Assembly (NCBI GenBank): GCA_963817725.1
Contig: CAWFPD010000010.1
Location: 413,104 to 477,103 of the forward strand
Direction of reading: 5' to 3'
Length of the DNA stretch: 64,000 nt
DNA from: an uncultured delta proteobacterium
GTDB lineage: Bacteria; Myxococcota_A; Polyangia; Polyangiales; Houyiibacteriaceae
Shown: positions 39,014 through 47,963 of the stretch, one piece after another
How the letters are laid out: each line of letters begins with the position of its first letter
Numbering within the stretch: position 1 is the stretch's first letter
Position numbers and translations under genes: made by a program
The notes under the pieces: model-generated
Told to the model about the DNA's origin: nothing
Database searches by the model: none
The model's input: the letters and a program-made list of their open reading frames with translations, nothing else

Positions 39014-39896
39014 TGCCTCGCGACGAAGTATCCACAACGAACTGAAGAAATGTCTCGGGTGTCCCAGGATCATCGCCCGAGAGGTGCTGGTATGCCCGGG
39101 CCAGCTTGCCAATGAGTCGTTGGTAGCCGCGAGCGGCGGGAGAAGTCCCATCGGAGTAGAGCTTACGCACCGCGTTTTCCTTGGTGCCGAGCAGGAGACG
39201 GTCACGAGGCTCGCGACAAAGATAAGGGCATGCCCTCGGCCGCTGGGCATTCAAGGTTCGTCCGCCGATCGTGTACACGAACGTGACCTGGTCGCCAAAA
39301 CGGTTTCGATACAATCGATCGAAGTAAGTCTCATCATAGGTGCACGCCGAAAGAGCCCAACCAACCTTCACCGCGGCGCCTCGCTCACGCATGATGTCGG
39401 TTTGCACCAACTGCTGCGCGACGTAGCCATTGTCGATGTCGAGAGCTTCTTGCTTGCGTTCGACCTCGGCCGCTGGCGCGAGTGAAGACGAGCGGCGGAT
39501 GTCGACGGGGAAACCGAATCGATCGATCAGGGCTTCCAGCGGAGCCTGTGCAAGCGATGCGGAGCGATGCACATCGAGCCGGGGAACGCCCGCATGGCAG
39601 GCATTGCTGTCCGCAATGAGGATGGAGCTCTTGCTGAGCCCCAACTCCCTTCGGACCATCTCCTGCCCGAAGACGAGAATCAGTACGTCGGCCGGAAGAC
39701 CACAGCTCGCATCGCCGGCGGCCACGCCCACACCGAACCAAGTCGAGGTCGCTTCGATGAGCGACCGGGCGGAGATCACAGGCTCGTACTGCCGCCGAGC
39801 GAAAAGCTCCTGGCGATTTGCAAGCGATGCGAGGCGCTCCCCCGAAATGTCCGTCGCTGATGGGCTACTCATGAGGCGTTCGGCCGCAAGGCTCAA
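38949..39896 (-). CDS. Hypothetical protein
   Basis: 315-aa ORF with a TTG start (an ATG alternative is at 39872). G/C-ending codons predominate in the first two thirds. It is the only long ORF covering 39.0-39.9 kb. Its 3' end overlaps the sulfotransferase gene by 65 nt. Confidence 0.5.
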   Translation of the reverse strand: MSLAAERLMSSPSATDISGERLASLANRQELFARRQYEPVISARSLIEATSTWFGVGVAAGDASCGLPADVLILVFGQEMVRRELGLSKSSILIADSNACHAGVPRLDVHRSASLAQAPLEALIDRFGFPVDIRRSSSLAPAAEVERKQEALDIDNGYVAQQLVQTDIMRERGAAVKVGWALSACTYDETYFDRLYRNRFGDQVTFVYTIGGRTLNAQRPRACPYLCREPRDRLLLGTKENAVRKLYSDGTSPAARGYQRLIGKLARAYQHLSGDDPGTPETFLQFVVDTSSRGTTAGTRRALGSRADAPSSFAP

Positions 39897-40000
39897 TCGG
39901 CACCCTAGCGGACATGGAGCGACGCCGCAAAAAGGTTGGGGACAGCTGAGCCAATTCAGATAGTTGCATCATTAAGTTGGACAGTCTCTGCTGGCGCGGC

Positions 40001-41443
40001 ATGCTGAAGGCTTCGGAGGATTGCTTGAGAATCCTTGCTTGCTGCACGTGCCTGGCGCTCATCGCGGTCCTCAGCGCCTCTATCGAGCCGAGTCGCGCAC
40101 AGGACACGCCATGGAAGCGCCGAATGCGCACCGGTGTGGTGCTGGACGATTCCTCGCCAGGTGGACCCACAGCCCGAGCCGGATCCGTCGATGCGCAGGA
40201 GCTGCTCCGGCTCGGCTTGCGTCCACGAGGCAACGGTCTGATCGACCTCTCGTTCTGGCCGGGGGAACCTCCTTCCCCGGCCGATGTGACACCCGAGGCG
40301 CTCGCCAAGGCGATGCGCCAGCTTTGCCCCGCCTCGGTTGATTCCAAGCAGCTACGACGATACGCCCGCGCAATCGTTCGCTACGGCCGAGAATTTTCGG
40401 TGGACCCGTGGTTACTGGCGGCGTTGGTCTATACGCAGGGCAATTGCAGCACCGAGATCGATAACGGCTACGGAACGGGGCTCACGCTCATCAACGTAGG
40501 CATGCACGAGCGACACATTCGCGGCGGATACTACCACTATGCCGTTTGGAGCGGGCGGGGATGGACGCGCCGGGATCTCGACGTCAGCGCCTTTCCTTTT
40601 CGGAAGGCGACGCTCCAGAGACCGGAAGCCAACCTCTATTTCGCCGCAGCCTTTCTCCGCGTGTTCGAAGAGCAGTGCCCGGACATCGATCATGCCTTTC
40701 ACTCCGTCCCACACCGCCATCCGGTTTCGCACTTCGTGTGGGGTGACAGGGTGGGAGACACCGGACCCGAAGACAGGATCCTGACGGCCCGTCGGCGTTT
40801 GCTCAATAGCCATGCTCAAACCAGCACGCATGCAGTGAGCGACATCGGTGGCATCGATCTGTCGAGCCCGCTCGACGGGTATCCACGGGTCGTCACTAGC
40901 GGCCTCGGTGAGCCACGCGACCATGGAAAGCGCCTTCACAAAGGCATCGACTTCGCGTCCGAATACGGGGAGCCCGTCCGCTCGGTGGCCGCAGGGCGGG
41001 TGATCTTCGCCGGAGTCGATTGGGAACGGAGGGCGCTCATTCCATTGGAGCCCTGGGGCGCCAGCATCGTGCACGCGCGCCACATGGGGCCCCGGGGGCT
41101 CTTCGTGGAGGTCGACCACGGCCACGGCGTGGTTTCCCTCTACGCGCACCTGGCGAGCTACGACGTGAAAATCGGTGACCGGGTCGAAGCAGGCCAGCGG
41201 CTCGGGGAGGTGGGCCGGACGGGCGTTCGGGATTCGGGCCCGCATCTGCACTTCGGCCTGTTTCGAGACGGTGAGGTTCTCGATCCGTTGGACTATCTCG
41301 CAGCATACGTATTTCCGCCGGAGCTCACCAAGCGAGGGCGCGCGCAAATCGCGGGGCAGTACCACCGGCCGAGGCGGCCCCCGGTCGTCGCACGGAAGCC
41401 GCGCGCCCATGCCATGGAGCGAGGCCGAGCTTCGCTCCGATAG
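40001..41443 (+). CDS. M23 family metallopeptidase (peptidoglycan endopeptidase type)
   Basis: The start is taken at MLKASEDCLRILACCTCLALIAVLSA. The C-terminal LytM motifs are HKGIDFASEYGEPV and HLHFGLFRDGEVLDP. Confidence 0.85.
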   Translation: MLKASEDCLRILACCTCLALIAVLSASIEPSRAQDTPWKRRMRTGVVLDDSSPGGPTARAGSVDAQELLRLGLRPRGNGLIDLSFWPGEPPSPADVTPEALAKAMRQLCPASVDSKQLRRYARAIVRYGREFSVDPWLLAALVYTQGNCSTEIDNGYGTGLTLINVGMHERHIRGGYYHYAVWSGRGWTRRDLDVSAFPFRKATLQRPEANLYFAAAFLRVFEEQCPDIDHAFHSVPHRHPVSHFVWGDRVGDTGPEDRILTARRRLLNSHAQTSTHAVSDIGGIDLSSPLDGYPRVVTSGLGEPRDHGKRLHKGIDFASEYGEPVRSVAAGRVIFAGVDWERRALIPLEPWGASIVHARHMGPRGLFVEVDHGHGVVSLYAHLASYDVKIGDRVEAGQRLGEVGRTGVRDSGPHLHFGLFRDGEVLDPLDYLAAYVFPPELTKRGRAQIAGQYHRPRRPPVVARKPRAHAMERGRASLR

Positions 41444-41449
41444 CCTGCC

Positions 41450-42073
41450 TCACTGCGACGGGGAACAGATGCGTTTGTAGGGCCACTGCTGGAAGATCTC
41501 CTGCACGGCTTGGCGCACTTTGGTCTGGACGTCCGGCCCGGTGTCCAGGATCGATTGGGCAAGGCCCGCAAAAACCGCAACAGGCGCCTCGCCTTCGGCC
41601 CGCGGGAAGCCGACAGGGATCAAGAGCGTCCCCACGTCATACTCGACATAGTTGGGACACCAATACGCACAGGGATCCCAGTACCAGCCCCAGTAGCCCC
41701 ACCAATAGCCACCGCAGCAGTCATACACGTAACCTCCCTCGGTCTCTCGAGCGAGCCCATTGGCAGCCCAGAGGTCCGGCTGCGTTTGCTCGGTGACGGC
41801 TTCGGGAGGAATGTAGGTCAGGCACACCGGCTCGGCCTGCATCGCCTGGACGATGAGGCCGTTCACCAGTTCGTTGAAGGCCTGCTGATCCTGGTCGAGG
41901 TCAGGGGCGTCGACCAGGTCCTTGGTCACGACGCTGAAGGTTCGAAACTCTGCGAAATCAACATCGGGGTTCACCTTCACATCGACCGTCACCGACTGGA
42001 CGGCATCATTGGAGCAGCTAGCGGCCAGGAAAATCGAACCCAGGAACAGAGCAAAACACGAACGACCAAACAT
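41450..42073 (-). CDS. DUF4136-like lipoprotein with a W/Y/G/C-rich insertion
   Basis: The start is taken at MFGRSCFALFLGSIFLAASC (lipobox). It has the DFAEFRTFSVV pattern and the insertion CCGGYWWGYWGWYWDPCAYWCPNY. Confidence 0.55.
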   Translation of the reverse strand: MFGRSCFALFLGSIFLAASCSNDAVQSVTVDVKVNPDVDFAEFRTFSVVTKDLVDAPDLDQDQQAFNELVNGLIVQAMQAEPVCLTYIPPEAVTEQTQPDLWAANGLARETEGGYVYDCCGGYWWGYWGWYWDPCAYWCPNYVEYDVGTLLIPVGFPRAEGEAPVAVFAGLAQSILDTGPDVQTKVRQAVQEIFQQWPYKRICSPSQ

Positions 42074-42178
42074 ACCCACCTCCGACGGCGGGCTCATAGC
42101 ATGCCGCCCCTACGCATCCAATGCGCAGGTCTTGCACAGCCGCGCTATACTTCACGGCATGGCACGAGGAAAATCTTG

Positions 42179-42967
42179 GTGATCAAGCGAGTCCGCTTGG
42201 GTCGCATCCATGCCGACGCAGTCAGCGCGACCGAAGCGCTCGAGCGGGTAGCTGGGCTGATCACTGCGCGCGACGGGGGCTACATCGTGACCCCGAACGT
42301 CGATCACGTCGTGCAGGCCGAGCACAGCGATGAGCTGACCGCGGCCTATCAAGGGGCGAGCCTTTCCCTCGTCGACGGGCAGCCTTTGGTGTGGCTCTCG
42401 CGGCTAATCCGCCAACCTCTCCCGGCGAAGATCTCGGGAAGCGATTTCGTGCCGCTTCTCATGGAGCGAGCCGCGCTCGAAGGTTGGCGCGTGTTCTTTC
42501 TCGGCGCCGCAGAGGGGGTCGGCACGAAGGCCGCAAAGGTGTTGCAGCAAGAGCTTCCTAGCCTCCAAATCGTGGGAGTCGAGTCTCCTCCGCTTGGCTT
42601 CGATCGGGACGAATCCGAGTGCGAACGGCTCATCGCCCAGGTTCGTGATGCGCGGGCCGACCTCCTCGTGCTTGCTCTGGGTTGTCCCAAGCAAGAGCTG
42701 CTCATGCATCGCTGGCGAGCTGCCCTCGGACCCACCGTCGCCATCGGGAGCGGGGCCACGCTCGATTTCATCGCGGGCAACATTCCGCGGGCCCCGCAAT
42801 GGATGTCGAACCATGGGCTCGAGTGGTTGTTTCGGCTTGCACGCGAGCCCCGTAGGCTATCGCACCGATATCTGGTGCGCGACCCGCGTATCATCGGGGT
42901 CGTCTTGAAAATGATGCGATCGGTGAGCCGTCCGGAAGCCGCTGAAAGACCTCAGCGCAGGTCTTGA
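42179..42967 (+). CDS. WecB/TagA/CpsF family glycosyltransferase
   Basis: Family pattern IVTPNVDHVVQA…VDGQPLVW…RVFFLGAAEGV…LVLALGCPKQELLM…GATLDFIAGNIPRAPQWM…GLEWLFRLAREPRRL. I prefer the GTG start at 42179 (GAGGA upstream). An in-frame ATG at 42101 is the alternative. Confidence 0.8.
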   Translation: MIKRVRLGRIHADAVSATEALERVAGLITARDGGYIVTPNVDHVVQAEHSDELTAAYQGASLSLVDGQPLVWLSRLIRQPLPAKISGSDFVPLLMERAALEGWRVFFLGAAEGVGTKAAKVLQQELPSLQIVGVESPPLGFDRDESECERLIAQVRDARADLLVLALGCPKQELLMHRWRAALGPTVAIGSGATLDFIAGNIPRAPQWMSNHGLEWLFRLAREPRRLSHRYLVRDPRIIGVVLKMMRSVSRPEAAERPQRRS

Positions 42968-44229
42968 GCGGAGGACTCTCGGTCGCCCCCGTTGGTGGAC
43001 TGCGCGAGCTCGCTCGGTGGTTTGGGCGCCGGTGGTACGATGCTCTCAGGAGGAATGGTCGTCCGCAGCATGCGAGTGCCCCACGGAGCCCGCGCGATGA
43101 CGAACAAGGACAACAGGATCAGCGCGGTGACGATCCCGGCCAACCAGCGATTTGGTTGGCGTTTCTGAAAGATGTCACCGGTTCCGACCTCGGGGGTGGT
43201 ACGGGGCGCGATCTCTAGACCGTATTCTTCGGCAAGGTCGACGATTTGGGTGATGTGAATGCCCGGCACGCCGGTCTTCAGAAACGCGCCGATGACGGAG
43301 GGCGGCAGGTTCTCCATGCCGCGCGGCGGCCTGGTGTTCACACCCGGCTCGAACTTGTGCTTGCCCACCTTGGTGCCGACCGACACCGTGCCGCCGCCGA
43401 CGTTGATGTACGCCTTGATCTCGCGATCGCCGGCTGCCTCGTAGTACACGCGAACGCGTTCACGAACCCTATCCTGGTCCACCAGGGCAAGGCTCGGCGT
43501 AGGCGTTTCGGCGTTCTCGCCCTCGGGTGTCTTGATGTCTTCCGGCTCGGTATCGGCGAGCTCGGGCACGTCGTTGCGCTCGATGGCGCGTTGGAGCATG
43601 CGCTTTCCTCGTTTGGTCAATCCGATCGCCTCGTCGCCGACACCACCGAGGGATGCGGCGGAGGACTTATAGGGGAATACCCCGGCCTTTCGAAGCGCGG
43701 CCTCCATGTCGAGCCAGGTCAAGGACGGCTCGTTCGCTCCCCATTGCGAGGCGGCCGTGCTGCTGATGATGATCGGCTCGATGCCCAGCTCGTGAGCCGC
43801 GGAATACACCGCCACATTCATCGCCGGGAATGAGCCGGACATCCCGACGGCCACCACGTCTCCGCTACGGATGCCCAGATCCTTGAGCCATTGCACGATG
43901 ACGGCGGCGAAGTTCGGGTTCACGGTTGTTTGCTTGGACACGAGGCTGCCGCTTCCGCTCGTGATGGGAGACAAGACCTCGCCAATCATGCGGGATTCGG
44001 CCGGATCGGTCTTGGGGTGCAGCGGAATCCCCTTGCTCTCCGAGGTCTCGGCGATGACGTCGAACGCGTCTTGCGCCTTGCGGGCGGCGAGCATCTTCTC
44101 CGCATAATATGGCTGCTGCTCTTCGGCGGGGAAAACTTCCACCGCGATGAGACCGATGATGGCCAACGCTGCAACGAGAGAGCGTTGAACCTGAGAGGCG
44201 CCCGAAGGCTTCCAGTACATCCCCCTCAT
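42952..44229 (-). CDS. Poly-gamma-glutamate system protein (family found beside pgsBC where pgsA/capA is absent)
   Basis: The start MRGMYWKPS overlaps the pgsC stop (ATGA). It has an N-terminal anchor and the pattern YYAEKMLAARKAQDAF…SGSFPAMNVAVYSA. Assignment is from memory of the family plus its position. Confidence 0.55.
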   Translation of the reverse strand: MRGMYWKPSGASQVQRSLVAALAIIGLIAVEVFPAEEQQPYYAEKMLAARKAQDAFDVIAETSESKGIPLHPKTDPAESRMIGEVLSPITSGSGSLVSKQTTVNPNFAAVIVQWLKDLGIRSGDVVAVGMSGSFPAMNVAVYSAAHELGIEPIIISSTAASQWGANEPSLTWLDMEAALRKAGVFPYKSSAASLGGVGDEAIGLTKRGKRMLQRAIERNDVPELADTEPEDIKTPEGENAETPTPSLALVDQDRVRERVRVYYEAAGDREIKAYINVGGGTVSVGTKVGKHKFEPGVNTRPPRGMENLPPSVIGAFLKTGVPGIHITQIVDLAEEYGLEIAPRTTPEVGTGDIFQKRQPNRWLAGIVTALILLSLFVIARAPWGTRMLRTTIPPESIVPPAPKPPSELAQSTNGGDRESSAQDLR

Positions 44230-44684
44230 ATCGTCACATCTCCGAGTAGCACGATTAGGACCATCCGAACGAGCACTGCTGCCGTGAGAAGGCTGAGCGT
44301 CGTTTCGATGACACCTTGACGCTGGTACCAGATCGCGATGAGGCCCGGAATGATGAAGCCGATGATCGCGCCTTCCGCAAACGGCGTGACCGGGCTTTGG
44401 AGCCACATCCGGAAGACCATGCCCACCAGATAGCCGATGAGAATGGTGAGCGCGGTCCGGCGCCGGCCGTAGACGATCGCGATCTGCGAGAGCCCCTTGA
44501 GGAAGGCAAACGTCACCAGCGCGGCAAGCAAGGTGAGGCCGACATCGACGGGCTTGTCGGCGTAAAGCGCAATGTAGCCGGGCACCACCATGCCGCCGGC
44601 CGCAAGGCCGAACAGCTCCCCGTACAGAAGGCTCGCGGTAAGGCCGAGCCCGATCGACAGGGTCAACAACTCAATTTCTGGCAT
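44226..44684 (-). CDS. pgsC: Poly-gamma-glutamate biosynthesis membrane protein PgsC/CapC
   Basis: 152 aa counted from MPEIELL. GGMVVPGYIALY…IVYGRRRTAL…IIPGLIA is colinear with B. subtilis PgsC. Confidence 0.88.
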   Translation of the reverse strand: MPEIELLTLSIGLGLTASLLYGELFGLAAGGMVVPGYIALYADKPVDVGLTLLAALVTFAFLKGLSQIAIVYGRRRTALTILIGYLVGMVFRMWLQSPVTPFAEGAIIGFIIPGLIAIWYQRQGVIETTLSLLTAAVLVRMVLIVLLGDVTI

Positions 44685-45867
44685 GATTTCTCCCCCGATT
44701 GGCAAAGTATTCGGCCAGCGCCAATCCCGGCCCCGCGATGTTCCCGAGCCCCATGACCAGGGCCGAGGACTCGGCGAGGCCCAGCAGAATTTCGAAGATG
44801 TCGGCAGGATGAGTCTGGTCCACGAAAACCAGCCGTGTCGGGTCCAGGCCGTTTTTCACGGCGGCGCGAGCGAAGATGAATTGTCCGCTTCCGAGCAGCA
44901 CCACTTCATCCGCTTGGGTCCAACGAGCGTACGATTCGGCGAGTTGCTCCGAGCGATTGGCGCGGTCCGAACGGCAGTTGAAGACAGCGATGCGTCTTCG
45001 AAGCTCTCGATGCCTCTGCAATGACTGCTCCCAGATGTATTGCGTCGAGATGGGGTCATTGGCTGCAAACCCATTCACGAAGACGATGGTTCGCCCGAAG
45101 AACTCGACCTCGTCCTCGGTCATGGCGCCGGGGTCGGGTTTGGCCCGACACATCCCTCGAAGAGCGGTTTCGCTGTCGATTCCGAGCTCCTCGCACACCG
45201 CGAGCGCAAGCTCCACATTGTCCTGATGCTCGAGATACGAAAAGCCGGCTAAGTCCTCGGGTGTCACCGGTCGGCTGATCTGCTCGGAGCCTCGTAAGCG
45301 AGAGCCGCGATCTTCGGCAACCAACTGAAACAAGGCGCGGTGCTTGTGCTCCGCGGTGAGAAGAACGCCAGCGGTGGGAACCATGCCGGCAAGCGCAAGC
45401 GCCACGTCTTCTTCGGTGGGCCCCATGACCTCCAAGTGGTCCGGTCGCGCGTTGGTAATCACTCCATGTGTCGCGCGAACGAGCCTAGCTTCGGAGAGCC
45501 ACTGCAACTGCGGTTGCAGCGCCATACACTCGACGACGAGGGCGTCTGCCCGTTGCGCCGCAGCCATCGTGACCGACTGCTTTTGCTCGATGATGTTGGG
45601 GCCGCCCGGCCGGTACACCGGCACCTCGCGGCCGTTGGGCAAGATGAAGCGCGGAACCGTGCCCGTGGTCTTGGCCACGGTACGAATGCCCGCCTCGCGA
45701 AGCCCGCCTGCGATGAGGCGCGTGACACTGGTTTTCCCGCGAGTACCGTTGACGTGGATGCGGATGGGAATGCGCGAGAGCCGACGGCGATGGAGGATCA
45801 GCTCGATCACCCCCAACACGATCAGGGCTCCCGTGGCCCCGAGAAGAATGTAGATTTCTCTGCTCAC
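44671..45867 (-). CDS. pgsB: Poly-gamma-glutamate synthase PgsB/CapB (Mur-ligase-like)
   Basis: An N-terminal TM segment is followed by IRIHVNGTRGKTSVTRL, AKTTGT and GPNIIEQK. By eye it is colinear with B. subtilis PgsB. I prefer the GTG start at 45867. The track ORF begins at TTG 45936. Confidence 0.88.
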   Translation of the reverse strand: MSREIYILLGATGALIVLGVIELILHRRRLSRIPIRIHVNGTRGKTSVTRLIAGGLREAGIRTVAKTTGTVPRFILPNGREVPVYRPGGPNIIEQKQSVTMAAAQRADALVVECMALQPQLQWLSEARLVRATHGVITNARPDHLEVMGPTEEDVALALAGMVPTAGVLLTAEHKHRALFQLVAEDRGSRLRGSEQISRPVTPEDLAGFSYLEHQDNVELALAVCEELGIDSETALRGMCRAKPDPGAMTEDEVEFFGRTIVFVNGFAANDPISTQYIWEQSLQRHRELRRRIAVFNCRSDRANRSEQLAESYARWTQADEVVLLGSGQFIFARAAVKNGLDPTRLVFVDQTHPADIFEILLGLAESSALVMGLGNIAGPGLALAEYFANRGRNHARN

Positions 45868-46228
45868 TCGACTTGCCCCGCTCCTCGAAAGAGGAGGCGG
45901 ACGCGAGCCTCTTACCAAATCGCAACTGCGCAGCAAGCCCCACCACGGATGGGCGCGAGACGGGCTGCGCTTGGGTTTCGTACGCGATCTAGGTTACGAA
46001 GGGGCGGTCCAAAATAGACCTAATGGACGAAAAAAGTTGTAATCAACTGTCGCCCAGCCTCGACTAATACACCCTAAAGGGTTCATAAATGTCAGGAAGA
46101 CCAAAAAGGGAAACGGGGTCTTCGCGACCTTTGGCCGGGCCCCAGGGTCGTCAAAGGTCACTGGAGATAAGCCGGGGCGGGTCGCGTTCGGGGGGACGGC
46201 GGCCCGCCCTGCAACTCCAGCCTCGGGC

Positions 46229-47257
46229 TCACGCAGGACGTCGAAGCACGGTTGCTTCGAGGTGCTGACAGGTTCTCTCGATGCCCTCGTCCACACTGAC
46301 GGCCGGCTCGTAGCCGAGCTCCGTGCGTGCCTTGTCGATGCTGAAATAGTGATGGGTGCACATGTAGCGGATGGCGAACCGGGTCAGTCCGTCCTCCGCA
46401 TTGAGGGTGCCGCCTTTGAGTGTGTCGAAGCCCTCTTTGACGGCCGCGATCGCGTACACGAGCCCTTTGGGAACGCGATACTTGATCGGCGGGAAACCCA
46501 GGCGGGCGGCCACTTTGCGGACGAAGTCCCAGAATGGCATGGGCTCACCGTTGGTGATGAAATACGCCTGCCCTGCGGCGGTGCTTTGCGGACCGCCTGC
46601 GCGTAGAGCCTCATCGGCGAGAATTACCGCATCGACCAGGTTGCTGACGTAGGTGTAGTCCGACAGCCACACGCCGCGGCCGATCTGGACGCGGAGCTGA
46701 CCGGACTGGGCCTTGTCGAGCAGCGCGGGCATGAAGCGGTTGTCGCCCGGGCCGAAGATCACGTGAGGACGAAGAGCGCAAGTGGCTACGCCATCCTTGC
46801 CGTTGGCTGCAAGGACGCGTTTTTCAGCCTCGATCTTGCTGTCTGCGTAGGGCGCCTGCGAGACCGTCGAGTACGGTAGACTCTCGTCCCCGTTTTCGAT
46901 GTCTTTGCCTTCGTAGACCACGCTTCCCGAGCTGATGTAAATGAAGCGCGGAACCCGGTGGCGCTGAGCGCCCTGCAGCATGTTCTCCGTACCCCCGAGA
47001 TTCACCCCCCAGACGACATCCTTTTTGTTCTGCTTGGTATGCACGATCGAGGCATTGTGGATGATCGTGTCGACACCACGGCATGCATCGATGACCGCCG
47101 CTTCGTCGGTAATGTCGATGCGTCGGTAGTCGACTCCGTCGACCGGGCATTCGGGGGACACATCGATCACGATGACCCGGTCGCCACGAGCCTGTAGACC
47201 CCGTGCGATCGCTGCACCGACAAACCCGCAGCCGCCCGTCACCAAGCTCACCGTCAT
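46229..47257 (-). CDS. 3beta-hydroxysteroid dehydrogenase/isomerase family; NSDHL/ERG26-like sterol-4alpha-carboxylate 3-dehydrogenase (decarboxylating) candidate
   Basis: 342 aa. By eye it is colinear with human NSDHL: VTGGCGFVG, SSGSVVYEGKDIENGDESLPY, YADSK, LRPHVIFGPGD, AYFITNGEPMPFWDFVRKV, HYFSIDKARTELGYEP. Confidence 0.75.
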   Translation of the reverse strand: MTVSLVTGGCGFVGAAIARGLQARGDRVIVIDVSPECPVDGVDYRRIDITDEAAVIDACRGVDTIIHNASIVHTKQNKKDVVWGVNLGGTENMLQGAQRHRVPRFIYISSGSVVYEGKDIENGDESLPYSTVSQAPYADSKIEAEKRVLAANGKDGVATCALRPHVIFGPGDNRFMPALLDKAQSGQLRVQIGRGVWLSDYTYVSNLVDAVILADEALRAGGPQSTAAGQAYFITNGEPMPFWDFVRKVAARLGFPPIKYRVPKGLVYAIAAVKEGFDTLKGGTLNAEDGLTRFAIRYMCTHHYFSIDKARTELGYEPAVSVDEGIERTCQHLEATVLRRPA

Positions 47258-47260
47258 GTT

Positions 47261-47935
47261 CTACTCCACGGTGCCAAAGATGATGTCGGGCAGGGGTGTG
47301 ATCGACGCATAATTGCCCGAACGCATGCTGTGGTGGTGCCTGTCGTGCTTGGCCGCGAGCACTCCCAGCGTCTTCAATGGAAAACGGGGAACATCGACCC
47401 CCGCATGGTTGAGAATGTTGAATGCCGTGTACGTGATGAAGAGAGCAGCCAGCGTATAAATGTGCACGCCCCCTACGAGTGCCACCGATCCAAAGAACAA
47501 GCTGAGACCGAGGACGGTTTCGATCGGATGAAGCAAGAGGCTATCGATGACGCGGGGGTTTCGCGCTGCGTGATGGACCGAATGCACCGCTCGAAGGAGC
47601 TTCCACTCGTGGAATGGATAGCGGTGCATGAAGTAGTACGCGAAATCGTAGATCAAAATGACGGTCGCGGCCTCGAGCACGTACCGCCACCAAGCGATGG
47701 GGTGGTCGTAGTACAAATAGTCGCCGAACCCGAACATCAGGAAGAAGATCAGCGCAATGGAGACCGTCGAGTTCAGAGCGACCCGCCAGTAAAGCTCACG
47801 GTCGCTCTTCGAGCGATGGGGGTCGTCGCTAATCAAATACGCGTGACCAGCCGGGGAACGGTAGGCGTACGCGAGGACGGCGATGGCCAAACCGGCCGAT
47901 GCATAGCTCGCGAGAATGACGAACAAGGCCTTCAT
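47261..47935 (-). CDS. Fatty-acid-hydroxylase superfamily di-iron membrane oxygenase; MSMO1/ERG25-like (sterol desaturase family)
   Basis: 224 aa with three His boxes (HRYPFH, HSVHH, HDRHHH). The C-terminal block HAGVDVP…HDRHHHSMRSGNYASI…DIIFGT resembles C-4 methylsterol oxidases. Confidence 0.7.
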   Translation of the reverse strand: MKALFVILASYASAGLAIAVLAYAYRSPAGHAYLISDDPHRSKSDRELYWRVALNSTVSIALIFFLMFGFGDYLYYDHPIAWWRYVLEAATVILIYDFAYYFMHRYPFHEWKLLRAVHSVHHAARNPRVIDSLLLHPIETVLGLSLFFGSVALVGGVHIYTLAALFITYTAFNILNHAGVDVPRFPLKTLGVLAAKHDRHHHSMRSGNYASITPLPDIIFGTVE

Positions 47936-47963
47936 GGGAGCTTCCGGATGATCATGTTACCAC

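Noticed and set aside
41510-42967. 485-aa ORF implying a very long TagA-family protein
   Set aside because: The first ~200 aa are antisense to the DUF4136-like lipoprotein gene and unlike any glycosyltransferase. TagA homology begins near 42180.
46020-46110. The most A/T-rich tract outside the rrn region, upstream of pgsB; examined for a riboswitch or sRNA
   Set aside because: I could identify no conserved riboswitch core (e.g. c-di-GMP, glutamine or SAM classes). It is most simply the pgsB promoter region and the 3' UTR of the 3beta-HSD gene.
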